Below, piece by piece: positions 1-10,324 of a DNA stretch of 64,000 bases; position 1 is the stretch's first letter; each line of letters begins with the position of its first letter. Source of the stretch: Candidatus Aminicenantes bacterium (GTDB taxonomy: Bacteria; Acidobacteriota; Aminicenantia; UBA2199); the NCBI GenBank assembly GCA_011049425.1, contig DSBM01000125.1, positions 1,553-65,552 on the forward strand. Reading direction: 5' to 3'. The notes beneath the pieces were generated by a model. It made no database searches and was not told the origin of the DNA. It was given only the letters and a program-made list of their open reading frames with translations. Made by a program: the position numbers and the translations under genes.

Positions 1-633
1 CAGGCGGAATAACTCTTCTTGCACACGTTCCCGGCTTAGTTCTTGCAGGGGAATAGACGCGGCGCGGCGGATGATTTCCGGGTCTACTTTAAACCCGAGA
101 ACCGCGGCAAATCGGGCGCAACGCAATAGCCTCAATGGATCATCTGCGAACGTATCGGGACCGGTCATGACGATTCGGCGCTGACGCAAGGCCTCCCTGC
201 CGTTGAACGGATCCACTAATTCGTTGTCCACCAGACGCATTGCCATTGAGTTGCAGGTAAAATCACGGCGGGCGAGATCCTCTTCAAGCGTAATTTTCGG
301 TCCGGACAGAATGGCGAAATTGCGGTGGGAATGGCGGCGCGGATCCAGGCGTGCATCCATGCGCGGCACAGACACATCATAGGTCATGCCGTCAACAGTG
401 AACTTGACGACGGCGAAACTCTTTCCCACGGTTCCGGTGCGGCCATGGGGGCTGAGAATCTCTTCGATTTCCCCGTAAGTGCGGCCGGTCACAACCAGGT
501 CGATATCCCGGCCCCCACGCCGGGCGGCTGTAAGTAAATAATCCCGGACCGTTCCTCCCACCAGGAAAACCGCTTCACCGAACAGGTCCACAAACAGGCG
601 GCGATGGGGAAACTCAATTCCGGGCAGTTTCAT
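1..633 (-). CDS. CCA tRNA nucleotidyltransferase / poly(A) polymerase family (3' end outside window)
   Basis: Translated by hand from ATG 633: MKLPGIEF...FLVGGTVRDYLL...DIDLVV...LEEDLARRDFTCNSMA...DPFNG...DDPLRLLRCARF...ERVQEEL. These are class II nucleotidyltransferase motifs. Confidence 0.9.
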   Translation of the reverse strand, partial: MKLPGIEFPHRRLFVDLFGEAVFLVGGTVRDYLLTAARRGGRDIDLVVTGRTYGEIEEILSPHGRTGTVGKSFAVVKFTVDGMTYDVSVPRMDARLDPRRHSHRNFAILSGPKITLEEDLARRDFTCNSMAMRLVDNELVDPFNGREALRQRRIVMTGPDTFADDPLRLLRCARFAAVLGFKVDPEIIRRAASIPLQELSRERVQEELFRL

Positions 634-1129
634 GATGCTGATACCGGTCCAGGTAACCGATGAATCGTTGCAGTTCTTTAAACTGTGCCGTATCAATGCG
701 CTGAAATTGAAAGGCCGCCACATGCCGATCCGGTCCCGAACCGATCCGCACCAGGCGCATGCACTCTACACAGAACCGGTTCAGCGGCGTGGAAATAATC
801 GCCTGGTTCACCTCCATTCCGGGCTCGAGGCGGCGGCGGAAACCACCGATGATCGCGGCAGTTCCACTCAAAGAGAGATCACGCAGTCGCCCACGCAACA
901 GGCGGCCGTTGCTGTCCGTGGCGTGCAGCCATACATCCAGATCCACCGGCAACAACACGCGCCGCATTTCACGCATGTTGCGCCCCGACGCGGGATGGGC
1001 ATGGGCATAAGCAAGAAAATCATCCACGATCCGCTGCTTGCGGCGCTTCTCAAAGCGGCCCAGCATCCACAAAGCCACGAACAGGGGAATTGAAAGCAAG
1101 GCGGTCAAGGCAAGGATTTTTAGGCTCAT
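614..1129 (-). CDS. Membrane-anchored PilZ-domain protein
   Basis: N-terminal TM helix, then REMRR (RxxxR) and DLSLSG (DxSxxG) c-di-GMP-binding motifs; ends AAFQF...LQRFI. Confidence 0.7.
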   Translation of the reverse strand: MSLKILALTALLSIPLFVALWMLGRFEKRRKQRIVDDFLAYAHAHPASGRNMREMRRVLLPVDLDVWLHATDSNGRLLRGRLRDLSLSGTAAIIGGFRRRLEPGMEVNQAIISTPLNRFCVECMRLVRIGSGPDRHVAAFQFQRIDTAQFKELQRFIGYLDRYQHHETARN

Positions 1130-1152
1130 TCACACGCACCACAATCTCATTC

Positions 1153-1181
1153 ACTATAGCCGCGCGGCAGAAAAGTGTCAA
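1153..1181 (-). promoter_or_regulatory. sigma70-type promoter for the PilZ-cca unit
   Basis: TTGACA-17 nt-TATAGT on the minus strand. Confidence 0.65.
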
Positions 1182-1189
1182 CCCGGGGA

Positions 1190-1218
1190 TTGCGTTCTAT
1201 TCTCATCACCAGTATATT
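1190..1218 (+). promoter_or_regulatory. sigma70-type promoter, probably leaderless, for the beta-CASP gene
   Basis: TTGCGT-17 nt-TATATT, then 6 nt, then ATG 1225; no SD. Confidence 0.55.
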
Positions 1219-1224
1219 AATGGC

Positions 1225-2643
1225 ATGAAAATCGACTTTTACTCCCACGGAGCCTGCCGGGAGGTTACCGGTTCAAAGCATTTCCTGGACGTAGACGGCC
1301 ACACATTGCAGATCGATTCGGGCATGTTTCAAGGGCGCCGGCGGGAATCCTATGAAAAGAACCGTGACCTGCCGTTCAACCCGGCCGATGTGGACGCGAT
1401 CATTCTGACCCACGGCCATTTCGACCATTCAGGCGCCTTGCCCATCATGGTGAAGAAAGGATTCGACGGCCCGGTATTCGCCACATCCGCCACACGCGAC
1501 ATCACCAACATCATCCTTTTCGATAGCGCATACATCCAGCAAAAAGATCATGAATACCTGGCGGAAAAGGCCCGCAAGTACCCGGAGCGCAACCTCATCG
1601 CCTACGAACCGCTTTACGACAGCCAGGATGCCGTAAACGCCATGCAGCATTTCGCCGGGCACGGCTACCATAGAACCTTTGGCGCGATCCCTGGAGTAAA
1701 GGCCAACTTTTACGACGCCGGCCATATTCTGGGCGCCGCCACCGTCCACCTCGAGATCGATAACGGCATGTGTATCGGATTTTCCGGCGACCTCGGCCGT
1801 CCCAATCTACCCATTATCCGCGACCCCGAAATCTTGCCGCCAATGGACTACCTGGTCCTGGAAGGCACCTATGGAAACCGTTTGCACGAATCGATCGGCA
1901 TGGCCCGGGAATCACTGGAAAAGGTGATCCGGCGCGCCACAGAGCGCCGTGGGAAAGTCATTATCCCCGCCTTTACCATTGAACGCACCCAGGAACTCAT
2001 TTACTTTATTCACCAATTGACCCGCGAACGCCGCATCCATGCCCTTCCCATTTTCATCGACTCCCCCATGGCCGTAAACGCCACCTCGATATTTAAAATC
2101 CACCCGGAATGTTTTGACCGTGAAACCGTGGATTACTTTTTGTCCAAAAACATCGATCCTTTCGGGTTTGAAACCATCCGCTACGTGACATCCGTGCGCG
2201 AATCGCGTGAAATCAACGACCTGGAGGGGCCGGCTGTCATCATTTCCGCCAGCGGCATGGCTGAAAACGGCCGCATCCTTCACCATTTGAAAAACCACAT
2301 CGGCAAACCCCGCAACATCGTGGCGATTGTGGGCTTCATGGCGGAAAACACCCTGGGTCGGAAACTGGTGGAACGACATCCCTCAGTTAAAATATTCGGC
2401 AAAGATTACCCCGTCAAAGCGGAAGTCGTGACGCTGAATGCTTTTTCCGCCCATGCAGACTACAAGGAGATGCAGGAATGGCTGGGCAAACACGACCTGG
2501 ACCGCTTGAAAAAGATCTTCCTGGTTCATGGAGAAGCCGATTCGCTCACCAGCCTCAGGCAGAAACTCCTGAATCAGGGCATTCCGGATGTGGAGATCGT
2601 GCAGTCGGGGGTTCACTACCCCCTGCCGGCAGCGTTGCCCTGA
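1225..2643 (+). CDS. MBL-fold beta-CASP ribonuclease
   Basis: GACREVTGS, THGHFDH, AGHILG, FSGDLG, EGTYG, ASGM..GR, FSAHAD and LVHGE motifs. Start moved to ATG 1225. Confidence 0.9.
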   Translation: MKIDFYSHGACREVTGSKHFLDVDGHTLQIDSGMFQGRRRESYEKNRDLPFNPADVDAIILTHGHFDHSGALPIMVKKGFDGPVFATSATRDITNIILFDSAYIQQKDHEYLAEKARKYPERNLIAYEPLYDSQDAVNAMQHFAGHGYHRTFGAIPGVKANFYDAGHILGAATVHLEIDNGMCIGFSGDLGRPNLPIIRDPEILPPMDYLVLEGTYGNRLHESIGMARESLEKVIRRATERRGKVIIPAFTIERTQELIYFIHQLTRERRIHALPIFIDSPMAVNATSIFKIHPECFDRETVDYFLSKNIDPFGFETIRYVTSVRESREINDLEGPAVIISASGMAENGRILHHLKNHIGKPRNIVAIVGFMAENTLGRKLVERHPSVKIFGKDYPVKAEVVTLNAFSAHADYKEMQEWLGKHDLDRLKKIFLVHGEADSLTSLRQKLLNQGIPDVEIVQSGVHYPLPAALP

Positions 2644-2715
2644 TCATATCCGGATCCGTTCCCAAACTTGATATCCTTCCAGAAAAGCTTATAATATACG
2701 GCGGAGGCGCGAGTC

Positions 2716-3909
2716 ATGAACATAGATGATCTACTGAAAATTGCGGTAGAGCGTAACGCGTCCGATCTCCACCTGAAAGTCGGTAACCATCCCGTTCTCA
2801 GAATCGACGGCACCCTCCATCCACTGGTGGAGCTCAAACGGCTCATGCAGGAAGACACCATCACCATGGCTTTTTCGATCATGGGAACCCGTCAGAAAGA
2901 ACAATTCAAACAGGATCACGAAATCGACATGTCTTACAGCGTTCCCGGATTGGGAAGGTTCCGTTGCAATGTGTTTCAACAACGCGGCGCAATCGGTATT
3001 GTCATGCGCATCATTCCGACCCTGATCAAGTCCATTCATGATCTGAACCTGCCGCTGGTATTGGAACGAATCGCGGACGAGCGCCGGGGAATGATCCTGG
3101 TCACCGGTACAACCGGAAGCGGCAAATCCACCTCTCTGGCCGCCATGATAGACCACGTCAACACCCATCGCATTGAACACATCATGACCATCGAAGACCC
3201 CATAGAATATCTCCACCGCGACAAAAAATGCATTATCAACCAGCGCGAGGTCAACTCCGACACCCACTCGTTCGCCCGCGCCTTGCGCAGTTCTTTGCGT
3301 GAAGATCCGGATGTCATCCTGGTTGGAGAAATGCGCGACCTGGAGACAATTGAAACCGCCCTGCTGGCCGCCGAAACCGGCCACATGGTGCTGTCCACGC
3401 TTCACACCCTGGACGCCCCCGAAACCATTAACCGCATCATTTCCATGTTCCCCCCCCACCAGCAGAAACAGATCCGCATCCAACTGGCAGCCGTGCTCAA
3501 GGCCATCATCTCGATGCGACTGATCCCTCGTTCCAATCGCAAGGGACGGGTGCCGGCGGTAGAGATCATGATCACCACCCCGTTTATCCAGGACTGCATC
3601 GTGAATCCTGAAAAAACCAAGTTCATACGCGAGGCCATTGCCCAGGGTGTTTCCCAGTATGGCATGCAGACATTTGACCAATCTCTTTATTTTCTGTACG
3701 AACGCGGGTTGATCAGCTATGAGGACGCCTTGAAGTGGGCCTCCAACGTAGACGAGTTCAAACTCAAAAAGATCGGGGTTCAGAGCACCAAGGACATGGC
3801 CACCGAAGAGATGGAAAAGCGCATATCCGATATCGCCGACACTGGAGACGAAAACGCTGAGTCAGACGGGCCCCGGGATCACAACCTGCTCAACATCGAT
3901 GACATATGA
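2716..3909 (+). CDS. pilT: Type IV pilus retraction ATPase PilT/PilU family
   Basis: ASDLHL, Walker A GTTGSGKST, TIEDPIE, LREDPDVILVGEMRD, AETGH..STLH, GMQTFDQ. Confidence 0.9.
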   Translation: MNIDDLLKIAVERNASDLHLKVGNHPVLRIDGTLHPLVELKRLMQEDTITMAFSIMGTRQKEQFKQDHEIDMSYSVPGLGRFRCNVFQQRGAIGIVMRIIPTLIKSIHDLNLPLVLERIADERRGMILVTGTTGSGKSTSLAAMIDHVNTHRIEHIMTIEDPIEYLHRDKKCIINQREVNSDTHSFARALRSSLREDPDVILVGEMRDLETIETALLAAETGHMVLSTLHTLDAPETINRIISMFPPHQQKQIRIQLAAVLKAIISMRLIPRSNRKGRVPAVEIMITTPFIQDCIVNPEKTKFIREAIAQGVSQYGMQTFDQSLYFLYERGLISYEDALKWASNVDEFKLKKIGVQSTKDMATEEMEKRISDIADTGDENAESDGPRDHNLLNIDDI

Positions 3910-6524
3910 ACCACCTAGAGATCCGTGAACGGTTCCTGGCTTTCTTTGAAGGCCACGGACACCGCCGCGTGTTATCCGCCCCGCTGGTGCCGGCTCGCGA
4001 TCGCACGCTGTTGTTTACCAACGCCGGCATGAATCAGTTCAAAGGCGTGTTCCTGCAGCAGGAAACACGGGAATACAACCGGGCCGCCAGCATTCAAAAG
4101 TGCATGCGGGTATCGGGAAAACACAACGATTTCGACGAGGTCGGCCGCACCGCATTTCACCATACCTTTTTTGAGATGCTGGGAAACTTCTCTTTCGGAA
4201 ATTACTTTAAGGAAGCCGCCATTGAATATGCCTGGACCCTGCTGACCCGGAATTATGGGTTCTCACCGGAGCAGTTGTGGGTTTCCGTTTTCCGGGAAGA
4301 TGACGAGGCTTTCCGCATCTGGCGGGAACGGATCGGAGTACCGGAAGCCCGCATCGCGCGCATGGACGAGGCAGACAATTTCTGGCAAATGGGAGACACC
4401 GGCCCCTGCGGACCCTGTTCCGAAATCCATTTCGACCGCGGTGAGCATTTCGGAAAAGCCGATTTCGTGGCCAACCCTTCGCGTTTCGTTGAAATCTGGA
4501 ACCTGGTGTTCATGCAGTTCATCCGCGATGAATCGGGAGTTTTAACCCCGCTGCCCGCGCCTTCGATCGATACGGGCATGGGATTGGAACGCCTGGCCGC
4601 GTTGCTGCAGAAAGTTTCGGGCAACTACGCCACCGATCTGTTTCTCCCCATTATCAACACTGCGGCTGAACTCACCGGCACGGATACCGCCAAAGCGGAA
4701 TCAGAGGTTCCCCTGAACGTGGTGGCCGATCATATCCGTGCTTTGACTTTTCTCATTGCCGACGGTGTGTTGCCCTCCAATGACGGCCGCGGATACGTTC
4801 TGCGCCGCATTCTGAGGCGGGCCGCCAGACATGGCCGCGCCCTCGGACAAGAGGCGCCGTTCCTCCACCGCCTCTGCCACACGGTGGTCGAAATCATGGC
4901 GCCTTGTTATCCTGAACTCGAATTTTCCGCTGATTTTATCTCGCGGGTGATCCTGAATGAAGAAGAACGTTTCGCGCACACGCTGGCCCGGGGATTGAGA
5001 CGTTTCGACGAACTCCTGGACCGGGCCCGCGAATCCAGCCGCCCCATCATTCCCGGAAACGAATTGTTCACGTTATCCGATACCTATGGCTTTCCCCTGG
5101 ATTTCGCTGCTGACCTGGCGCGGGAAAAAAACGTAGAGATCGACCATGAAGGCTTTCAGGCGGCTTTGAACCAGCAACGGGAACAATCGAGGACACGCCG
5201 GCGTGATTCCGTTTCCGCGCCCGTTCTGGAAGGTGCCGGCACATGGACCACTCGTTTTACGGGATACAAGGTTATCGAAGATGCGGCAACGGTCATTGCC
5301 GTATTGGTGGATGGAAAACCAGTCAAGTCCGTGGAAAGTGGAGACAGTGAAAAAGAGGTGATCCTCATTTTTGACCGCACGCCTTTTTACGCGGAATCCG
5401 GGGGACAGGTGGGCGACCGGGGCAAAGGACACACGGACAGCGCTTTTTTCCAGGTAACGGACACGCGCAAGAGCGAAAGCGGGGCTTTTTTGCATTACAT
5501 CCGCCTGCGCCGTGGTCGCATTGCCTCGAAAGACCGGGCCAGGTTGGAAATCGACGCAACGCACCGCCGCGATACGGCGGTCCATCATACGGCTACGCAC
5601 CTGTTGCACTCCGCACTGCGGGAAGTGCTGGGACTGCATGTCAAGCAATCCGGCTCGTACGTGGGTCCGGACAAGCTGCGCTTTGATTTCACCCATTTTC
5701 AAGCCTTGACGGACAAGGAAATCCAGTCCGTAGAGAACCTGGTAAATGAGAAGGTCCGCCGCAATGTCTTGATCAACGCCACCACGGAGGAATACGATGT
5801 GGCGGTTTCCCGGGGCGCCATTGCGTTTTTTGAAGAAAAATATTCCGACATCGTGCGCGTCATCCAGATGGATGACTTTTCCACCGAACTGTGCGGCGGC
5901 ACTCACCTGGATGCCACCGGTGAAATCGGTGTGTTCAAGATCCTTTCCGAATCCTCAATTTCCGCGGGAATCCGGCGCATCGAGGCCCTGGGCGGCGCCC
6001 CCGCATTCGCCCATATTCAGCAGCGCTTGCATTGTTTGCACACGTTGCAGCAACATTTCAGTCAACCCGCGGAGACACTCCCCCAATACCTGGTTCAACT
6101 GGAACAAAATACCCGGGAGTTGGAGCGGCGCCTGGAGGCTCTGCAACGGCGGCAAAGACAACCGGATTTGAAAACAGTCATGGACAGAGCCGAGCCCATC
6201 GGTGAAACCGCGGCTGTGGTGGAGTTTTTCGGCGATCTGGATCGCAAGCAACTCAGTACATTGGCGGACGAATTAAAAAAGCAACTCAAGGGATTGGCCG
6301 TGCTGTTCGCCAACACCAACGGCAAATCCGCCATCACGGTTTCAGTGGCCGACGAATTGGCTTCAACCTTTAATGCTTCGCAACTGGTCAAACAGATCGC
6401 GGAACTGGTGGAAGGCAGCGGCGGCGGGCGGCCCGATTTCGCCCAGGCCGGCGGGCGGTTGATCACCGATTTTTCTCTCTTGCGTTCACGTGTGATAGAG
6501 ATTCTCAGGAGCCGGCTGCCATGA
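3906..6524 (+). CDS. alaS: Alanine--tRNA ligase
   Basis: LLFTNAGMNQFK, HHTFFEMLGNFSFG, GPCGPCSE, IDTGMGLER, HTATHLLH, ELCGGTH, GGGRPDFAQAGG. Confidence 0.98.
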   Translation: MNHLEIRERFLAFFEGHGHRRVLSAPLVPARDRTLLFTNAGMNQFKGVFLQQETREYNRAASIQKCMRVSGKHNDFDEVGRTAFHHTFFEMLGNFSFGNYFKEAAIEYAWTLLTRNYGFSPEQLWVSVFREDDEAFRIWRERIGVPEARIARMDEADNFWQMGDTGPCGPCSEIHFDRGEHFGKADFVANPSRFVEIWNLVFMQFIRDESGVLTPLPAPSIDTGMGLERLAALLQKVSGNYATDLFLPIINTAAELTGTDTAKAESEVPLNVVADHIRALTFLIADGVLPSNDGRGYVLRRILRRAARHGRALGQEAPFLHRLCHTVVEIMAPCYPELEFSADFISRVILNEEERFAHTLARGLRRFDELLDRARESSRPIIPGNELFTLSDTYGFPLDFAADLAREKNVEIDHEGFQAALNQQREQSRTRRRDSVSAPVLEGAGTWTTRFTGYKVIEDAATVIAVLVDGKPVKSVESGDSEKEVILIFDRTPFYAESGGQVGDRGKGHTDSAFFQVTDTRKSESGAFLHYIRLRRGRIASKDRARLEIDATHRRDTAVHHTATHLLHSALREVLGLHVKQSGSYVGPDKLRFDFTHFQALTDKEIQSVENLVNEKVRRNVLINATTEEYDVAVSRGAIAFFEEKYSDIVRVIQMDDFSTELCGGTHLDATGEIGVFKILSESSISAGIRRIEALGGAPAFAHIQQRLHCLHTLQQHFSQPAETLPQYLVQLEQNTRELERRLEALQRRQRQPDLKTVMDRAEPIGETAAVVEFFGDLDRKQLSTLADELKKQLKGLAVLFANTNGKSAITVSVADELASTFNASQLVKQIAELVEGSGGGRPDFAQAGGRLITDFSLLRSRVIEILRSRLP

Positions 6525-7186
6525 AATTCATGGGGGTATTGCTCCTGCTGTTGCCTTTGACCGCGCATACCCAGGATGAAGTGAAAATTCAACGCAAGCC
6601 GCGGGGACAAATCGAGATTCGCAACGCATTGCGCAGGCCGGCCCGATCCGTATCCGTTCAGAACCGTGGTATTTCCATCCCCTCAGCCAGCCGGGAATTG
6701 TCCCTCAAGATCCGCGAGTTGGCAACCCGGCACAGCATGGAAGAATCCCTTGTTTACGCTGTGGCGCGGGCTGAAAGCGCGCTCAATCCCTACGCGGTTT
6801 CGCCCAAGGGAGCTGTCGGCATCATGCAGCTCATGCCGGATACAGCCAAACTGTATGGCGTCAAAAATCGTTTCAATATCAATGAAAACCTGGAAGCCGG
6901 CATCCGTCACTTGAAGTACTTGAATGATCGTTTCAACGGTGACCTGGCCCTGATTCTGGCCGCCTACAACGCCGGCGAAGAAGCGGTTCGCAAATACAAC
7001 GGCATCCCCCCATTCAAGGAAACCCAGCAGTACGTGCGCCGGGTAATGCGCCTCATGGGCCGCACTTTCACCGGGGGTGCAAATGTACCTTCTCCCCTGT
7101 ACAAGGTGATCACATCTCAGGGAAGAATCCTGATTACGAATACGCCCCCGCCCCGGAACGTGGGCAAAGTGGAGAGATTGAAGTGA
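6521..7186 (+). CDS. Lytic transglycosylase (SLT domain), exported
   Basis: Signal peptide; AES..NP.AVSPKGAVGIMQLMP, AAYNAG, ETQQYV. Confidence 0.9.
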   Translation: MKFMGVLLLLLPLTAHTQDEVKIQRKPRGQIEIRNALRRPARSVSVQNRGISIPSASRELSLKIRELATRHSMEESLVYAVARAESALNPYAVSPKGAVGIMQLMPDTAKLYGVKNRFNINENLEAGIRHLKYLNDRFNGDLALILAAYNAGEEAVRKYNGIPPFKETQQYVRRVMRLMGRTFTGGANVPSPLYKVITSQGRILITNTPPPRNVGKVERLK

Positions 7187-7692
7187 AAGCGACAACCCGG
7201 TCCGCACAACTCACCTATGGGATTCTGATCGGGGCCGCTAGCGCAGGTGTGATATCCCTGATCCCGCTTGTCAACCTTCTGAACCTTTTCTTTATGTTCT
7301 GGATGGCAATCGGCGGCGCCATCGGAGTTTGGGTTTTTCAACGCCGCAACCAGAAAGCCACTTTAACGGAAGCCGCCCTGTGCGGAGGATTGAGCGGGCT
7401 TTTGGGTGGCGTGATTTTCGCACTGGTTACGTACATGGCCCTGCATACAATTTCCCCCGAGGGATTCAACCGCATGCTGATGCTGATCGAAAAAATCCTG
7501 CCCAATTTCGGAGCAGAGGTGGATCCGTGGGTCACCAGCGATGATTTCCGAGGTATGCTGGGGATCGTATTGCTCATGTCCGTCGGTTTGTCCGGTCTGG
7601 TGGGGATCCTGGGCGGATTGATCGCCCGTTGGGCCTGGTCACCGCGAAAACAGAAAGATTCCGGGCTCCCCAGCGGGGAACATCATGACTGA
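7183..7692 (+). CDS. Integral membrane protein, about 4 TM, function unknown
   Basis: Gly-rich hydrophobic helices; overlaps both neighbours (translational coupling). Confidence 0.7.
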   Translation: MKATTRSAQLTYGILIGAASAGVISLIPLVNLLNLFFMFWMAIGGAIGVWVFQRRNQKATLTEAALCGGLSGLLGGVIFALVTYMALHTISPEGFNRMLMLIEKILPNFGAEVDPWVTSDDFRGMLGIVLLMSVGLSGLVGILGGLIARWAWSPRKQKDSGLPSGEHHD

Positions 7693-8620
7693 AACCTGCC
7701 GTGTCCACCTGGTGGTCAACCCCTTTTCCGCCCGGGGCCGAACCGCTGAGCGTTGGAAAACCATCCGTGAAGCGGTGCGGCAATACTATCGTGAATTCAA
7801 ATACGTCTTTACCGAGCGCCCCCTTCAAGCCACCGAAATCGTGCGCGAATTGCTGCGTGACGGATTTGATCTCATTATCGGCGTCGGCGGAGACGGCACG
7901 CTCAACGAAATCGCGAATGGATTTTTTGCGGAAAACCAACACTGCGCCATCAACGGAGACGCCTCCCTGGGCATGATTCCTTCCGGAACCGGATCCGACT
8001 TTATCCGCGGCCTGAAAATTCCCCGTGACCTGAGGGCTTCACTGCAGCGCATTAAAACGGCTCTGCCCAGGCGCATCGATGCCGGACGAATCGAATACCT
8101 GGGAGCGGATGCGCCCGCGCCGCGGTATTTTGTCAACGTCGCCGACTTCGGAATCGGCGCGGAAGTGGTCCGGCGCTTGACAAACGTCCCGGTTCGCAAA
8201 CCGGGCCGATGGACGTATTACTCCGGCCTGTTGTCCACGATCCGCAACTATTCCAGCCCTTGTATCCGCATCGAGACAGACGAGGGAGTCCGCTTGGAAG
8301 GGCGTTTCCTGATCGGTGCCGTGGCCAACGGCAGTGTTTTCGGCGGCGGCATGATTATTGCGCCGGACGCGCGGGCGGATGACGGTTGTTTCGATCTCGT
8401 GCTGGTAGACGACATGAAGCCCCTGGCCATTATCCGTCGTTCACTCAGTTTATATACCGGAACCATTCAAAAACGTCCCGAAGTTCGCGTTTTAAGAGCG
8501 AGATCCATTGAAGTGCACACAAACAATGAAACCGTGGGCCTTGAATTCGACGGTGAACCCGGCGGAACCTTGCCGGCACGGTTCGAATGCCTTCCCGCAT
8601 GTTTAAACATCCGACTGTAA
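7685..8620 (+). CDS. Diacylglycerol/lipid kinase family (YegS/DgkB)
   Basis: VVNP.S, GGDGTLNE, PSGTGSDF, NG..FGGG, DGE. Confidence 0.9.
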   Translation: MTETCRVHLVVNPFSARGRTAERWKTIREAVRQYYREFKYVFTERPLQATEIVRELLRDGFDLIIGVGGDGTLNEIANGFFAENQHCAINGDASLGMIPSGTGSDFIRGLKIPRDLRASLQRIKTALPRRIDAGRIEYLGADAPAPRYFVNVADFGIGAEVVRRLTNVPVRKPGRWTYYSGLLSTIRNYSSPCIRIETDEGVRLEGRFLIGAVANGSVFGGGMIIAPDARADDGCFDLVLVDDMKPLAIIRRSLSLYTGTIQKRPEVRVLRARSIEVHTNNETVGLEFDGEPGGTLPARFECLPACLNIRL

Positions 8621-8722
8621 TTTTCACTGCCGGCGTCAGCGGCCAGGCCGCTGCAACAATTGCGTCGCGCGGCAGGGTATGATACCATTAAAGTTATAAT
8701 TTAATTACTTGGAGATGCGAAT

Positions 8723-9910
8723 ATGACAACTCGAGTTTCCATAACCTTGACCTGCCTCGTTCTCTTGCTTGCAACCGTGGGATGCCCCAATACCAATGCC
8801 GACCTGGCACGTTTTCATTCCACCTTTTCCCGGATTCAGCAGGAGTACAACTCCGGCCTCACCCAAGTGACGGACCGGGAAGCCTACTTAAAGTTGCAAA
8901 AAACCCGCAACCGTCGCTTGGATGAATTGCTCAACGATATGCCCGACGACCCGAAGTCCGACGCCGCAGTGATTCTGCGGGCCCGTGTCTTGGTCAATCT
9001 GCAACGAATTTCCAGTGCGGAGTCCCTGTTAAAGCCGTTATTGAACCGCAGCAAAACACCGCCGGAAGCCATTACGGTCCAGGTGCTGGCCCATATGGCC
9101 GCACAACGGCAGCATGATGCCCTAAAGATGTTTCGTTCCCTCAAAAGCGACATCACCGACCCCACCGACCGCCATAATATCTGGCTCTATTTCGCCATGG
9201 TTGCGGATAGTGCCGATGTTCAGCGCGACTTCGCCCGCAAATTCGTGGAATCTTCCGACATGCCTGCCCACTTTTCCCTGTTTCGTGCCAACGTATACGC
9301 GCAACTCTCCCGGCTGGAGCAGATGGAGAGCCGCTTCGACAGCGCACGTGAATGGCTGAAAAAGGCGATTGAGAGTGCCAGGGACCCCGCGATGCGCGCC
9401 TCCCTGGAAAGCGAGAGTCAACGCATGGAAATGCTTGGCCAGCCGTCACCCCGTCTGGTAGCTGAGCACTGGATCAACCAGCGTCCGCTGACATTGGAGG
9501 GGTTGAAAGGCAAAGTGGTGTTGATCGATTTCTGGGCCCCCTGGTGCAAACCCTGCCGCATGGTCATCCCCGATATGATCCGCATGTACAAAGACCTCAA
9601 AAAAGAAGGATTGGAAATCATCGGATTGACACGCCTGCACGGTTACTATAAAGACGACATCCAGGACCGGGGACGGGTGGAAGCGGATGAAGAACTTCGA
9701 TTGATCACTGATTTCGTTGGCCGCAATGACATCAATTACCCGGTGGCCGTATCCCGGGAAGGCCAGAGTTTTGATACATACAAGATCTCCGGCATCCCCA
9801 CCCTGGTGGTGATCGATCGCACGGGCCGTATCGCAACCATTACCGTTGGCGCGGGGCATCCGGATTCGTTGCGCCGCACCATTGAATCCCTTCTGGAGAA
9901 GAGCCTATGA
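8723..9910 (+). CDS. TlpA-type thiol-disulfide oxidoreductase lipoprotein with helical N-terminal region
   Basis: Lipobox-like TVGC; C-terminal LKGKVVLIDFWAPWCKPC and GIPTLVVIDRTG. Confidence 0.85.
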   Translation: MTTRVSITLTCLVLLLATVGCPNTNADLARFHSTFSRIQQEYNSGLTQVTDREAYLKLQKTRNRRLDELLNDMPDDPKSDAAVILRARVLVNLQRISSAESLLKPLLNRSKTPPEAITVQVLAHMAAQRQHDALKMFRSLKSDITDPTDRHNIWLYFAMVADSADVQRDFARKFVESSDMPAHFSLFRANVYAQLSRLEQMESRFDSAREWLKKAIESARDPAMRASLESESQRMEMLGQPSPRLVAEHWINQRPLTLEGLKGKVVLIDFWAPWCKPCRMVIPDMIRMYKDLKKEGLEIIGLTRLHGYYKDDIQDRGRVEADEELRLITDFVGRNDINYPVAVSREGQSFDTYKISGIPTLVVIDRTGRIATITVGAGHPDSLRRTIESLLEKSL

Positions 9911-10212
9911 AACCGCTGACTGCCGACACCCATGATACTGCGCTTTCGACGGCCGAAACCGTTGTTTTTGATTTCAGTTCTCCCGGATGTGCTCCCTGCC
10001 GCAAAGTGCCGGCCCTGCTTGAAAGTGTGATTGATGAACTTTCCCTTCAGGACATCCAGACCTATGAGATCAACGTATCACAAGTGCCGGAACTGGCAGC
10101 TCGATACATGGTACTCAGTGTTCCCACCCTGATCATTTTTCGCAACGGGACTGAAATTGCGCGCTTTCATTCCCTGCCATCCAGGTCCAAACTGCGCGAT
10201 GCCCTGCAATGA
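9907..10212 (+). CDS. Thioredoxin family protein
   Basis: DFSSPGCAPC; LAARYMVLSVPTLIIFRNG. Confidence 0.85.
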   Translation: MKPLTADTHDTALSTAETVVFDFSSPGCAPCRKVPALLESVIDELSLQDIQTYEINVSQVPELAARYMVLSVPTLIIFRNGTEIARFHSLPSRSKLRDALQ

Positions 10213-10283
10213 AAAGCGTCCCGGACCGAGCCGCAAAATTGTCCACAGATGAAGCAAATAACGGCCCTGAGGACCGGCAGGGA

Positions 10284-10300
10284 TTGGCAACATTTTTGCT
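10284..10300 (+). promoter_or_regulatory. sigma54 (-24/-12) promoter
   Basis: TTGGCAACATTTTTGCT = TGGC-N7-TTGC, 25 nt upstream of the OMP start, with SD GGAGG. Confidence 0.7.
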
Positions 10301-10324
10301 GTTAATGAAGCAGTGGAGGTACTC

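Noticed and set aside
1127-1150. In-frame ATG-AGA-TTG-TGG-TGC-GTG-TGA directly before the PilZ ATG on the minus strand, a possible selenocysteine read-through given the SelB-like gene
   Set aside because: The upstream ATG is only 2 nt from the -10 box, so it is probably not transcribed; no SECIS-like hairpin was evident and the context is a TM anchor.
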